Shown piece by piece: positions 40,677 to 50,450 of a stretch of 64,000 nucleotides of DNA (the first letter of the stretch is position 1; each line of letters starts with the position of its first letter). The stretch covers positions 12,682 through 76,681 of the forward strand of contig CATYDM010000004.1 in the NCBI GenBank assembly GCA_958405195.1. The letters run 5' to 3'. A program made the position numbers and the translations under genes. The notes under the pieces are model-generated. The model did not search any database. It was not told the DNA's origin and worked only from the letters and a program-made list of their open reading frames with translations. Source of the DNA: an uncultured Collinsella sp. Lineage in GTDB: Bacteria; Actinomycetota; Coriobacteriia; Coriobacteriales; Coriobacteriaceae.

Positions 40677-42029
40677 ATGGCCAGTGACAACGGAAAGAGC
40701 TTCCTCGACAAGTTTGCCGAGGTCTCTGCGAAGGTGGGAAACCAGGTTCACCTGCGTTCCCTGCGCGATGCCTTCGCGACCATCACGCCGCTCTATATCC
40801 TTGCGGGTATCGCGGTTCTTATTAACAACGTCGTGTTCCCCCTGTTCCCGCTCGATGCAGCGGGCCTTGCCAACCTTCAGACCTGGGGTTCGGCAATTAC
40901 GCTGGGCACCCTCAACGTCTCTGCCATTATCTTGGCCGGATTGATTGGCTACAGCCTCGCTAAGAACGAGCGCTTCGATAACCCGCTTGCCTGCGTGGTC
41001 GTCGCCATCTCTGCTTTCGTCATCATGATGCCGCAGCAGATCACCGCCACGCTTGCCGCCACGAGCCCGCTGCTCACCGACAAGATCACCTCTGCCGAGG
41101 TCACGGGCGCCCTTTCGACTGCCAACACCGGCACCAACGGCCTGTTCGCGGCTATCATCATCGCCCTGCTCTCCGTCACGCTCTTCATTAAGATTTCCGG
41201 CGTCGAGAAGCTTAAGGTCAAGTTGGGCGAGGGTGTGCCTCCCGCGGTCTCCAACTCCTTTAACGTCATGATCCCGATGCTGCTCAACCTCTCGATCTTC
41301 GCCATTGCCGCGGCTCTGCTCGCCGTGTTTGCCGGCACCGATCTGTGCGCCATCATCTCCACGTGCATTTCCAACCCGCTCAAGAGCATCATGAACGCCG
41401 GTCCGTGGGCTGTTATCCTCATCTACACGCTTGCGAACCTGCTGTTCTGCGTCGGCATTCACCAGTCCACCATCTCTGGCGCTACCGTCGAGCCGATTCT
41501 GACCATGCTCATCGTCGACAACATGGCTACCTTTGCCGCCGGCGGCACCATCCAGCCCGATCACTACATGAACATGCAGATCGTCAACAGCTTCGCCCTT
41601 ATCGGCGGCTCGGGCTGCACCCTCATGCTCCTGCTCGATACCTTCCTGTTCTCTAAGAACAAGGCTTCCAAGACCGTTGCCAAGATGGCTATCGTTCCTG
41701 GCCTGTTTAACATCAACGAGCCGGTCATCTACGGTTACCCCGTCGTGTACAACCTGCCGCTCATGATTCCGTTCGTGCTTCTTCCCGACCTGTTCATCGG
41801 CATCACCTATGGCCTGACCTGCGCGGGCATCATCAGCCCCTGCATCGCCCAGGTGCCTTGGACCATGCCTCCCGTCATTAACGCCCTGCTTGCCACGGGC
41901 TTTGACTGGCGCGCCGGCGTGTGGCAGGCTCTCGAGCTTGTCATCGGCATGGCTGTCTACCTGCCCTTTATGAGGATCTCCGAGAAGGCCATCGCCAAGC
42001 AGGAGGCCCTTGCCGAGCAGAACGCTTAA
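40677..42029 (+). CDS. PTS cellobiose/lactose-family IIC permease
   Basis: LRDAF, IGGSG, PGLFNINEPVIYG. Confidence 0.95.
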   Translation: MASDNGKSFLDKFAEVSAKVGNQVHLRSLRDAFATITPLYILAGIAVLINNVVFPLFPLDAAGLANLQTWGSAITLGTLNVSAIILAGLIGYSLAKNERFDNPLACVVVAISAFVIMMPQQITATLAATSPLLTDKITSAEVTGALSTANTGTNGLFAAIIIALLSVTLFIKISGVEKLKVKLGEGVPPAVSNSFNVMIPMLLNLSIFAIAAALLAVFAGTDLCAIISTCISNPLKSIMNAGPWAVILIYTLANLLFCVGIHQSTISGATVEPILTMLIVDNMATFAAGGTIQPDHYMNMQIVNSFALIGGSGCTLMLLLDTFLFSKNKASKTVAKMAIVPGLFNINEPVIYGYPVVYNLPLMIPFVLLPDLFIGITYGLTCAGIISPCIAQVPWTMPPVINALLATGFDWRAGVWQALELVIGMAVYLPFMRISEKAIAKQEALAEQNA

Positions 42030-42182
42030 ACGTCGTTCTCCCTTCCACCGTTGCGGGCACCGGTACGCGGTGCCGATGCCCGCGGCTCTCCTCTTGTGTG
42101 AAGACGCAGGGGGTGGGCACAATAGCCGCAAGGAATAAAACCAGTTGTCGTCTGCGCGCCGCGCAGTTATAAGGAGGAAACC

Positions 42183-42485
42183 ATGAAGAAGATCATGCTT
42201 TGCTGCAATGCCGGCATGTCCACGAGCCTGCTGGTCCAGAAGATGCAGTCCGAGGTCGCAAACCGTGGTCTGGACATCGAGGTCGAGGCCCGTCCTATGA
42301 ACGAGGCTCACGATCACCTGGACGAGTGCGATATCTTGCTGCTCGGCCCGCAGATTGGCTACACCAAGGGCGATTTTGAGAAGGAGGCCGCTGGCCGCTT
42401 CCCGGTTGAGGTCATCAACATGGTCGACTACGGCCGCATGAACGCTGCTGGCATCATCGACCACTGCGTCAGCGTGATGGGCTAG
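42183..42485 (+). CDS. PTS cellobiose-family IIB
   Basis: CCNAGMSTSLLV, LLGPQ. Confidence 0.95.
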   Translation: MKKIMLCCNAGMSTSLLVQKMQSEVANRGLDIEVEARPMNEAHDHLDECDILLLGPQIGYTKGDFEKEAAGRFPVEVINMVDYGRMNAAGIIDHCVSVMG

Positions 42486-42494
42486 GTTCAGCGC

Positions 42495-42827
42495 ATGGAG
42501 GATATGAACGAGCTGCAGATGATCTGCTTCGAGATCATCAGTTTCGTCGGAACCGCCAAGAGCATGTACATCAATGCCGTGCAAAAGGCCAAGGAGGGCG
42601 ATTTTGACGCCGCCGAGGAGCTTATTAAGCAGGGCGACGAGGCTTACAACGGTGGCCACGATGTCCATATGGGGCTCCTTAAAAAGGAGGCCAACGGCGA
42701 GCGTAACGGCGAGGCCCCGCTGATTCTGCTGCATGCCGAGGACCAGATGGCCGGCACCGAGACCATGCGCGTCATGGCCACGGAGCTCATCGAGGTCCAC
42801 AAGCTGCTGCAGGCGCTTAAGGCCTAG
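42495..42827 (+). CDS. PTS cellobiose/lactose-family IIA
   Basis: GTAKS, LLHAEDQ. Confidence 0.95.
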   Translation: MEDMNELQMICFEIISFVGTAKSMYINAVQKAKEGDFDAAEELIKQGDEAYNGGHDVHMGLLKKEANGERNGEAPLILLHAEDQMAGTETMRVMATELIEVHKLLQALKA

Positions 42828-43066
42828 TCGGCGTTATCGCCGCGATGGACCGCGGTCCAACAGACAACACAGTCCCTTTGACGGGCGCCGGGAGTCTCCG
42901 CCTCCCGGCGCCCTTATATTTGGCGAAGGCCCTGCGCGACCTTTTGAGCGGTCGTTTGCGTTTTCCCAGATAAAACCTGCCAAAACAAACCTGTCCCTTT
43001 TTGGCAGGTTTTTGCCTGGGGAGCGGTACCATACAGGCAATGTTTAAACGAGAAAGGTGGGCTCCC

Positions 43067-44020
43067 ATGGAACCTAAGCAGTACTATATCGGCATCGACG
43101 TCGGCGGCACTTCGGTTAAGGAGGGCCTGTTCGACGAGGACGGCAACCTGCTTGCCAAGGCCAGCGTGCCCACGCCTCCCATCGTTGATGCTGCGGGCTT
43201 TGCCGCGGTGACCGAGGCTATCGACCAGGTGGTCGCCAAGGCGCAGATCCCGCGTGCCTTTGTGGCGGGCATTGGCCTGGCCGTTCCGTGCCCCATTCCG
43301 GCTTCGGGCGATGCCAAGGTCAAGGCCAACATTGCCATCAACCTGCCCGAGCTTAGGATCGCCATCCAGGAGCACTGCCCCGACGCGGTCGTTAAGTACG
43401 AGAACGATGCCAACGCCGCTGCCATGGGCGAGGCCTGGCTCGGTTCTGCCAAGGGCGTGCAGAACGTGGTGATGGTCACCATCGGTACTGGCGTGGGCGG
43501 CGGCGTTATCGTCAACGGCGACGTGGTGTCGGGCGTTGTGGGCGCCGGCGGCGAGATTGGCCACATGTGCCTGAATCCCGACGAGGAGCGCACCTGCGGC
43601 TGTGGCGGCCATGGCCACCTGGAGCAGTATTCCAGCGCCACCGGCGTGGTGAGCAACTACCTAGCCGAGTGCAAGAAGGCGGGCGTCGAGCCCATCGAGC
43701 TCACCGGCCCCTCCGATTCCAAGGACGTGTTCCAGGCCTGCCGCGAGGGCGACAAGCTCGCGCTGGCAGCTGCCGATACCATGGCCGACTATCTCGGCCG
43801 TGCCCTGGCGCTTATTGCCAACGTGGTCGACCCCGAGATGTTCCTGATCGGTGGCGGCGCGTCCGCTTCGGCCGATGTCTACCTCGACAAGGTCCGCGAG
43901 CACTTTAAGCAGTACGCGCTCTCCGCCTCGCGCGAGACGCCCATCAAGGTCGCTTCGCTCGGCAACGACGCTGGCATCATCGGTGCCGCCTACGTAGCCC
44001 TGCGCGCCGCCGGCAAATAG
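43067..44020 (+). CDS. ROK-family sugar kinase
   Basis: IDVGGT, ENDANAAA, GTGVGGG, GEIGH, CGCG..GHLE. Confidence 0.93.
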   Translation: MEPKQYYIGIDVGGTSVKEGLFDEDGNLLAKASVPTPPIVDAAGFAAVTEAIDQVVAKAQIPRAFVAGIGLAVPCPIPASGDAKVKANIAINLPELRIAIQEHCPDAVVKYENDANAAAMGEAWLGSAKGVQNVVMVTIGTGVGGGVIVNGDVVSGVVGAGGEIGHMCLNPDEERTCGCGGHGHLEQYSSATGVVSNYLAECKKAGVEPIELTGPSDSKDVFQACREGDKLALAAADTMADYLGRALALIANVVDPEMFLIGGGASASADVYLDKVREHFKQYALSASRETPIKVASLGNDAGIIGAAYVALRAAGK

Positions 44021-44147
44021 CTGGTGCAAAGTAACCTGTCCCCCGTGCCTGCCCCAAAATATGCCGTGGCCCTTCCGTCTGCGAAGGCTCGGCATCGGCG
44101 TGCTACCATAGCTACGTCCAAGTACACATATCAAGTGGAGGATATCC

Positions 44148-45071
44148 ATGGCAAACGTTCTTGTCTTTGGTCACCAGAACCCCGATAACGACGCCATCAT
44201 GAGCGCCGTTGTCCTGTCCCAGCTGCTCAACCAGGTTGAGTATGCCGGCAACACCTACGAGGCCTGCGCCCTTGGTCAGCTTCCGGCAGAGTCTGCCAAG
44301 CTGCTCGCCGACGCCGGCATCGCCGAGCCCCGCGTGATTGATTCCGTCGAGGCCGGTCAGCTCGTCGTCCTCACCGACCACAACGAGTCCGCCCAGTCCG
44401 TCGCCGGCCTTAAAGACGCTACGGTCTTTGGTGTCGTCGATCATCACCGCATCGGCGACTTCGAGACCGCCGGCCCGCTGCACTACATCTGCCTGCCCTG
44501 GGGCTCCAGCTGCACCATCGTCACCAAGCTCGCCGACGTGCTCGGCGTTGAGCTTTCCGACGTCCAGGCCAAGCTGCTGCTCTCGGCCATGATGACCGAT
44601 ACGCTCATGCTCAAGAGCCCCACCACCACCGCCGTCGACCGCGTCGTCGCCGCCAAGCTCGGCGAGCAGGTGGGCGTCGACCCGGTCAAGTTTGGCATGG
44701 AGGTCTTCCTTACCCGTCCGTCCGGCTCCTTCACCGCAGCCGAGATGGTCGGCAACGACATCAAGATGTTCGAGCCCGCCGGCAAGAAGCTGCTCATCGG
44801 CCAGTACGAGACCGTCGACAAGAGCCGTGCGCTTGGCATGATTGATGAGATCCGCGAGGCCATGCGCGCCTACGCCGCCGAGAAGGGTGCCGACGGCATC
44901 GTCCTGTGCATCACCGACATCATGGAGGAGGGCTCGCAGGTCCTGCTCGAGGGCGAGACCGAGGCCGCTCAGAAGGGCCTGGGCATTGCCGACGAGCACG
45001 ACGGCGTCTGGATGCCGGGCGTCCTCTCCCGTAAGAAGCAGGTCGCTGCCCCCATCATGGCCGCCTGCTAG
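44148..45071 (+). CDS. ppaC: Manganese-dependent inorganic pyrophosphatase
   Basis: GHQNPD, DHNE, DHH, KSPTTT, SRKKQV. Confidence 0.96.
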   Translation: MANVLVFGHQNPDNDAIMSAVVLSQLLNQVEYAGNTYEACALGQLPAESAKLLADAGIAEPRVIDSVEAGQLVVLTDHNESAQSVAGLKDATVFGVVDHHRIGDFETAGPLHYICLPWGSSCTIVTKLADVLGVELSDVQAKLLLSAMMTDTLMLKSPTTTAVDRVVAAKLGEQVGVDPVKFGMEVFLTRPSGSFTAAEMVGNDIKMFEPAGKKLLIGQYETVDKSRALGMIDEIREAMRAYAAEKGADGIVLCITDIMEEGSQVLLEGETEAAQKGLGIADEHDGVWMPGVLSRKKQVAAPIMAAC

Positions 45072-45089
45072 GTTTAGTTGACCGAACGC

Positions 45090-45130
45090 CACGACCGGAT
45101 CGCGGACGCCCCGCGCTCCGGTCGTTTTTT
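45090..45130 (+). terminator. Intrinsic terminator after ppaC
   Basis: ACGACCGGA..GCG..CGC..TCCGGTCGT plus T run. Confidence 0.75.
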
Positions 45131-45167
45131 GTGCACGGCGCCGCGTCGTCTCTTGGATAGGCGCGCC

Positions 45168-45336
45168 CGTGCCGTTGAGCAAATAATGTTCAACCTGTGG
45201 TTCCGCTTTTCGGCCACGCCTGCGTGCCTGTCGTGCAGGGTAGGCTAGATGCAAGCGTAATACGTTAGAGCGCGGCACCGCCACTTGGGCGGGCCGTGCT
45301 TTTTTAAGACGGGAGCTTTCCCGTGAAAGGAGCCGC
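45168..45336 (+). promoter_or_regulatory. Structured nhaA leader with internal terminator; candidate riboswitch/attenuator
   Basis: GTTGAGC-AAATAAT-GTTCAAC and GTGG..CCAC hairpins, then GCGCGGC-A-CCGCC-ACTTG-GGCGG-GCCGTGC-T6 about 30 nt before the nhaA start. Confidence 0.5.
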
Positions 45337-45338
45337 CC

Positions 45339-46697
45339 ATGGCAGCACCCGAGCAGCTGTTTAACGTTCGTGAGCGCAAGCGTTTTGAGCGCCACGACAT
45401 TTGGGAGCGCATCACCGAGAACGGCACGATTTCCGCCGCCGTCATGGTCCTCGCCGCCATCGCCGCCGTCATTTGCGCCAACACCGATGCCTACGAGGCC
45501 ATCCATCACTTTTTGGAGACCCCGCTGTATGTGGGTCTGGGCAACCTTACGGCCGGTCTCACCGTTGAGCTTTTCGTCAACGACTTCCTCATGGCGATTT
45601 TCTTTTTGTTGGTGGGCATTGAGCTTAAGTACGAGATGACGGTCGGCGAGCTCAAGAATCCGCGTCAGGCCATGCTTCCCATGCTGGCGGCCGTAGGCGG
45701 CGTCGTCGTTCCCGCCTGCATCTACCTGATCTTTAACCATGCCGGCGCCCGCAACGGTTGGGCCATCCCCATGGCAACCGATATTGCCTTTGCGCTGGGC
45801 GTGCTGTCGCTTTTGGGCAACCGCGTGCCCAACGGTGTGCGCGTGTTCTTCTCGACGCTCGCCATTGCCGACGACCTGATCTCCATCGCCGCCATCGCCA
45901 TCTTCTACGGCCAGAGCCCCAGCCCGTTTTGGCTGGGCGCCGCTGCAGTTGTGACCTGCGCGCTCGTGTGGCTCAACAAGACGCAGCATTACCGCCTTGC
46001 CCCGTATTCGGTACTAGGTCTGCTGCTGTGGTTCTGCATGTTTAAGAGCGGCGTGCACGCCACGCTCGCCGGCGTCATCTTGGCCTTCACCATCCCGGCC
46101 AAGTGCGGTGTTAAGCTCGATAGCCTTACCGATTGGCTGGGCGAGTGCCTGCCCCTGCTCGACGACCGTTACGACGACGAGGCGCACATCCTGGGCCAGC
46201 ACGACTTTACCGTCTCGACCACCAAGGTCGAGCGCGTCATGCACCGCGTGACCCCGCCGCTCATCCGCATGGAGCGCCTGATCTCCACGCCGGTCAATTT
46301 TGTGATCCTGCCGATCTTTGCGTTTGTCAACGCGCAGGTTCGCCTGGTGGGCGTGGATATGAGCACGCTGCTCACCGACCCGGTGACGCTCGGCGTGTAC
46401 TTTGGCATGTTGCTGGGCAAGCCGATTGGCATCTTTGGCATGACGTTTGCCCTGGTTAAACTCAAGATTTCCGAGTTGCCGCATAACGTTAACTGGCACA
46501 TGATCGCCGGCGTGGGCATTTTGGGCGGCATCGGCTTTACCATGTCGATTCTCATCAGTGGCCTCGCCTTTCCCACGGCCCAGTTTGAGGTCTTGGCTGC
46601 AAAGGCCGCCATTCTTGCCGGTTCGGTCACCGCAGCCGTGCTCGGCATGATCTACATGAGTGTGATCTGCAAACATCCCGCGCACAAGGACGAGTAA
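45339..46697 (+). CDS. nhaA: Na+/H+ antiporter NhaA
   Basis: VNDFLMAIFF, GWAIPMATDIAFALG, LAIADD, SGVHAT, GIGFTMSI. Confidence 0.97.
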   Translation: MAAPEQLFNVRERKRFERHDIWERITENGTISAAVMVLAAIAAVICANTDAYEAIHHFLETPLYVGLGNLTAGLTVELFVNDFLMAIFFLLVGIELKYEMTVGELKNPRQAMLPMLAAVGGVVVPACIYLIFNHAGARNGWAIPMATDIAFALGVLSLLGNRVPNGVRVFFSTLAIADDLISIAAIAIFYGQSPSPFWLGAAAVVTCALVWLNKTQHYRLAPYSVLGLLLWFCMFKSGVHATLAGVILAFTIPAKCGVKLDSLTDWLGECLPLLDDRYDDEAHILGQHDFTVSTTKVERVMHRVTPPLIRMERLISTPVNFVILPIFAFVNAQVRLVGVDMSTLLTDPVTLGVYFGMLLGKPIGIFGMTFALVKLKISELPHNVNWHMIAGVGILGGIGFTMSILISGLAFPTAQFEVLAAKAAILAGSVTAAVLGMIYMSVICKHPAHKDE

Positions 46698-46760
46698 GAG
46701 CACATACAAGTTTGTGCAAGTTTAAAAACGCCGCCTGTGAACACCATCACAGGCGGCGTT

Positions 46761-46832
46761 TAGTCATTGGATAGTCATTGGGGACGTACTTAAATGAGTG
46801 GTTCTATTCATTTAAGTACGTCCCCAATGAGT
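46761..46832. repeat. REP-like GGGAC-core inverted doublet
   Basis: TCATTGGGGACGTACTTAAATGA and exact reverse complement 10 bp apart. Confidence 0.85.
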
Positions 46833-46836
46833 GGGT

Positions 46837-47091
46837 TTATTCCACGGTGCCGTAGACGGCGCCCCAGCCGTGGGCGGCCAAGGCGGAGTTGAGCTGGTCG
46901 CAAAGTGACTGGCGGTCGTAGTAGCCGGGCGGCAAAAGATTCACGATCTCCATGAGGTCGGGCGCCAGGTCCAAGATTTCGGCCTGTACGATCAGATCCA
47001 GGCGGTCGATGGCGTGGCGGTCGTAAAACAGTCCGTCGACCAGGCGCTGCAAGTCGCCGAATTCCTCGGCCTGAAACGATCCGTACTCCAT
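46837..47091 (-). CDS. Small hypothetical protein
   Basis: AAGGAGG SD before ATG 47091; 84 aa globular-looking sequence. Confidence 0.75.
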   Translation of the reverse strand: MEYGSFQAEEFGDLQRLVDGLFYDRHAIDRLDLIVQAEILDLAPDLMEIVNLLPPGYYDRQSLCDQLNSALAAHGWGAVYGTVE

Positions 47092-47241
47092 AGTGCCTCC
47101 TTGGGCGCCCCACGCCGGCATGCGCGGCGATTCGTAATTGATTGCGATGAACTTAATCTATCACGGCTTCATAACGTTGCGACGATGGCGGTCTATACTT
47201 AGACGAACTGCAACGTACCGCTTCGCGAAAGGTCGCACCCC

Positions 47242-48546
47242 ATGCAGACGATCTACCAGAAGATGGAAACCACCGAACTCGATGCCGCCATCGAGGCGCT
47301 CAAAGCCGAGGTCGCCGAGGTCAAGGCCAAGGGCCTGGCGCTCGATATGGCCCGCGGCAAGCCGTCGCCCTCCCAGGTGGACATCTCTCGACCCATGCTC
47401 GATATCCTCAATGCCGATGCCGATCTGCACGACGGCAACGTCGACTGCTCCAACTACGGCTGCTTTGAGGGCATTCCCTCGGCACGCAAGCTGGCGGGGG
47501 AGTTCCTGGGCTGCCCTGCCGAGCAGACGCTCGTGCTGGGTTCGTCGAGTTTGCTGATTGAGCACGACATCGCCGGCATGTTCTGGCGCTGTGGCTCGTG
47601 CGGCAGCGACCCTTGGGAGGCTTACGAGGCAGCGCACGACGGCAAGAAGGTCAAGTTCCTGTGCCCCGTTCCCGGCTACGATCGCCACTTTGGCATCACC
47701 GCCGACTTGGGCATCGAGAACGTCCCCGTCGCGATGACCGACAACGGCCCCGACATGGACGAGGTTGAGCGCCTGGTTGCCGCCGACGACTCCATCAAGG
47801 GCATCTGGTGCGTGCCCAAGTATTCCAACCCCACGGGCATCACCTTTAGCGAGGACACCGTGCGTCGCCTGGTCGAGATGCCCACGGCCGCGCCCGATTT
47901 CCGCATCTTTTGGGACAACGCTTACTGCGTGCACGACCTGTACGACGAGACCGACGAGCTCGCAAATATCTTTGACCTCGCTCGCGCGGCGGGCACCGAG
48001 GATCGCGTGGTGGCCTTTGCCTCGACGTCCAAGATCACCTTCCCGGGTGCCGGCATCGGCTTTATCGGTGCGAGCCCCGCGGTCATCGCCGAGTTCTCCA
48101 AGCGCCTGAAGGCCGGTCTTATTAGCGCCGACAAGCTCAACCAGCTGCGTCACGTGCGTTTCCTTCCCACCATCGAGGCGGTCAAGGAGCACATGAAAAA
48201 GCATGCCGAGTTCCTGCGCCCGCGCTTTGAGGCCGTTGAGCGTAAACTCACCGAGGGCTTGGGCAACACGGGTTGCGCCACTTGGACTCATCCCCATGGC
48301 GGCTACTTTGTGAGTTTCGATGGCCCCGAGGGCTCGGCCCAGAAGGTCGCCGCGCTTTGTGCCGACCTGGGCGTCAAGCTCACGCCGGCTGGTGCCACCT
48401 GGCCTTATGGCAAGGATCCGCGCGACACCAACATCCGCATCGCGCCGAGCTATCCCACGGTCGAGGACCTGGAGGCTGCGCTCGATGTGCTGGTGCTGGC
48501 TGTCAAGCTCGTCGCTGCCGAGCTTGCGCGTACCGAGCGCGCCTAA
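47242..48546 (+). CDS. PLP-dependent aminotransferase class I (aspartate aminotransferase-like)
   Basis: LDMARGKP, PGYDRHF, PKYSNPTG, WDNAY, STSKITF, IRIAP. Confidence 0.92.
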   Translation: MQTIYQKMETTELDAAIEALKAEVAEVKAKGLALDMARGKPSPSQVDISRPMLDILNADADLHDGNVDCSNYGCFEGIPSARKLAGEFLGCPAEQTLVLGSSSLLIEHDIAGMFWRCGSCGSDPWEAYEAAHDGKKVKFLCPVPGYDRHFGITADLGIENVPVAMTDNGPDMDEVERLVAADDSIKGIWCVPKYSNPTGITFSEDTVRRLVEMPTAAPDFRIFWDNAYCVHDLYDETDELANIFDLARAAGTEDRVVAFASTSKITFPGAGIGFIGASPAVIAEFSKRLKAGLISADKLNQLRHVRFLPTIEAVKEHMKKHAEFLRPRFEAVERKLTEGLGNTGCATWTHPHGGYFVSFDGPEGSAQKVAALCADLGVKLTPAGATWPYGKDPRDTNIRIAPSYPTVEDLEAALDVLVLAVKLVAAELARTERA

Positions 48547-48612
48547 CGCGTAGGGCCCCGCAAGTCCGCGCCTAGTACTATCCGCACTTTCGATACGTAA
48601 AGGAGCGTATAC

Positions 48613-48927
48613 ATGGATTTGGGTATTTCCACCAACCCCACGCCAGAGCTCTACACCATTAAGGTGACCGGTGAGATCGATATCTCTAACGCCGATAGCC
48701 TGCGCAATGCCATCGACCTGGCGCTCGAGCAGCCCACTGAGGCCGTTGAGCTCGATTTTGCCCAGGTGAGCTACATCGATTCGACGGGCATTGGCGTGCT
48801 TGTGGGCGCCGCACACCACGCAGCTGATCATGGTAAGCGTTTTAGCTGCGTCAACGTGCAGCCCCCGGTGATGCGCGTGGTTCAGCTGTTGGGCGTCGAC
48901 CAGGAGATTTCGATCACCGCTGCATAA
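48613..48927 (+). CDS. STAS-domain anti-sigma factor antagonist
   Basis: GEID, VSYIDSTGIGVLV phospho-Ser motif. Confidence 0.92.
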   Translation: MDLGISTNPTPELYTIKVTGEIDISNADSLRNAIDLALEQPTEAVELDFAQVSYIDSTGIGVLVGAAHHAADHGKRFSCVNVQPPVMRVVQLLGVDQEISITAA

Positions 48928-49080
48928 TCTTTGCCCCCAAAAGGGCGTGCCGTTTGGCATATGTTTGTGATGCGCTCGGACGTTTTGGCGTCCGGGCGCT
49001 ATACTTGACCGAATGAATAGACGAGTTCCGGCCGAATGGCGCGGTGCGGGCTCGACTCACATCGAGCCTTGGAGGTATGT

Positions 49081-49653
49081 GTGTTTGGTATTGGAGAGGG
49101 TGAGCTCGCGATCATCGTGGTCTTCGGCTTTTTGCTGTTTGGCCCGGATAAGCTCCCGCAGATGGGCCGCACGATCGGCCGTGCTATCCGTCAGTTCCGC
49201 GAGACGCAGGAAAAGATGACGGCCGTTGTTCAGTCCGAGATTATCGATCCGGTGAGCGAGGCCGCGTCGGCCCCGGTCAAGCCCAAGAAGACTGCTGCGA
49301 CCGACGACGATTCCGATGCGGACGAGGATGCCGCCGAGACGGCAGCGCCCGCCAAGAAGGAGACCTTTGCCGAGCGTCGCGCCCGTCTTGCTGCCGAGAA
49401 GGCCGCAAGCGAGGGTGCTGCTGAGGGCGAAGGCGCTGTTGATGAGGCCGAGGGTACAGAGCCTGCTGCTGCCGTCGAGCCCGAGCCTGCTGCAGAGCCC
49501 AAGCCCGAGCCGGCAGAGCCCACGACGGCTGACCTCTACGCCCGCCGTCCCCGCAAGCGCAAGGCTGTCGTCGACCAGCTCGCTCGCGAGCTCGAGGCCG
49601 AGGACGCTGCCGAGACTGCTGCCGCCGATGCCCCGAAGGGAGGCGATGAGTAA
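49081..49653 (+). CDS. tatB: Twin-arginine translocase TatA/TatB-family subunit (TatB-like)
   Basis: GTG start after GGAGG; FGIG..E....FGPDKLP..GRTIGRAIRQFR; long acidic tail. Confidence 0.85.
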   Translation: MFGIGEGELAIIVVFGFLLFGPDKLPQMGRTIGRAIRQFRETQEKMTAVVQSEIIDPVSEAASAPVKPKKTAATDDDSDADEDAAETAAPAKKETFAERRARLAAEKAASEGAAEGEGAVDEAEGTEPAAAVEPEPAAEPKPEPAEPTTADLYARRPRKRKAVVDQLARELEAEDAAETAAADAPKGGDE

Positions 49654-50444
49654 TGCCTATCGGACCTGCGCGTATGCCGCTCTTCGATCACTTGGGAGAG
49701 CTCCGTCGCCGCCTGACCATCGTGGTCGTGTCGGTGTTTGCCGCCGCCATCGTGCTGTACTTTGCCACGCCCGTGGTGCTCGACATCTTGGAAGACCCCA
49801 TCCGCTCCTTTGTGCCGGACGGTAAGTTCTACATCACCACCACGCTCGGCGGTTTTGGCCTGCGCTTCTCGCTGGCCATCAAGATGGCCGTGGTCATGTG
49901 CACGCCCATGATCATCTGGCAGATCCTGGCATTTTTCCTGCCGGCGCTGCGCCCCAACGAGCGCAAGTGGGTCGTGCCCACGGTGCTCGCCTCGACGGTG
50001 CTGTTCTTCCTGGGTGCCATCTTCTGCTATTTCATCATCATCCCGGCGGGCTTTGAGTGGCTCATCGGCGAGACCTCGGCCGTCGCTACGGCGCTGCCCG
50101 ACCTGGAGAACTACGTCAACATGGAGCTGCTCTTTATGATCGGCTTTGGTGTGGCGTTTGAGCTGCCGCTCATCATCTTCTATCTGTCCGTCTTTCACAT
50201 CGTGTCCTATGCGGCCTTCCGCAGCGCCTGGCGCTACGTGTACGTAGGCCTGCTTGTGGGCTCGGCTGTGATTACGCCCGACGGCTCGCCCGTTACGCTG
50301 GGTCTCATGTATGGCGCCCTGCTCTCGCTCTACGAGATTTCGCTCGCCATTGCTCGCGTGGTCATTACCGCGCGCGAGGGCAAGGAGGGCCTGTTCGTGA
50401 GCCGTCTGGACCTGTTCTCGGACGACGAGGACGACGAGGAGTAA
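49653..50444 (+). CDS. tatC: Twin-arginine translocase subunit TatC
   Basis: MPLFDHLGELRRRL, PAL..NE, FELP, ITPDG, LYE. Confidence 0.96.
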   Translation: MPIGPARMPLFDHLGELRRRLTIVVVSVFAAAIVLYFATPVVLDILEDPIRSFVPDGKFYITTTLGGFGLRFSLAIKMAVVMCTPMIIWQILAFFLPALRPNERKWVVPTVLASTVLFFLGAIFCYFIIIPAGFEWLIGETSAVATALPDLENYVNMELLFMIGFGVAFELPLIIFYLSVFHIVSYAAFRSAWRYVYVGLLVGSAVITPDGSPVTLGLMYGALLSLYEISLAIARVVITAREGKEGLFVSRLDLFSDDEDDEE

Positions 50445-50450
50445 ATCGGT

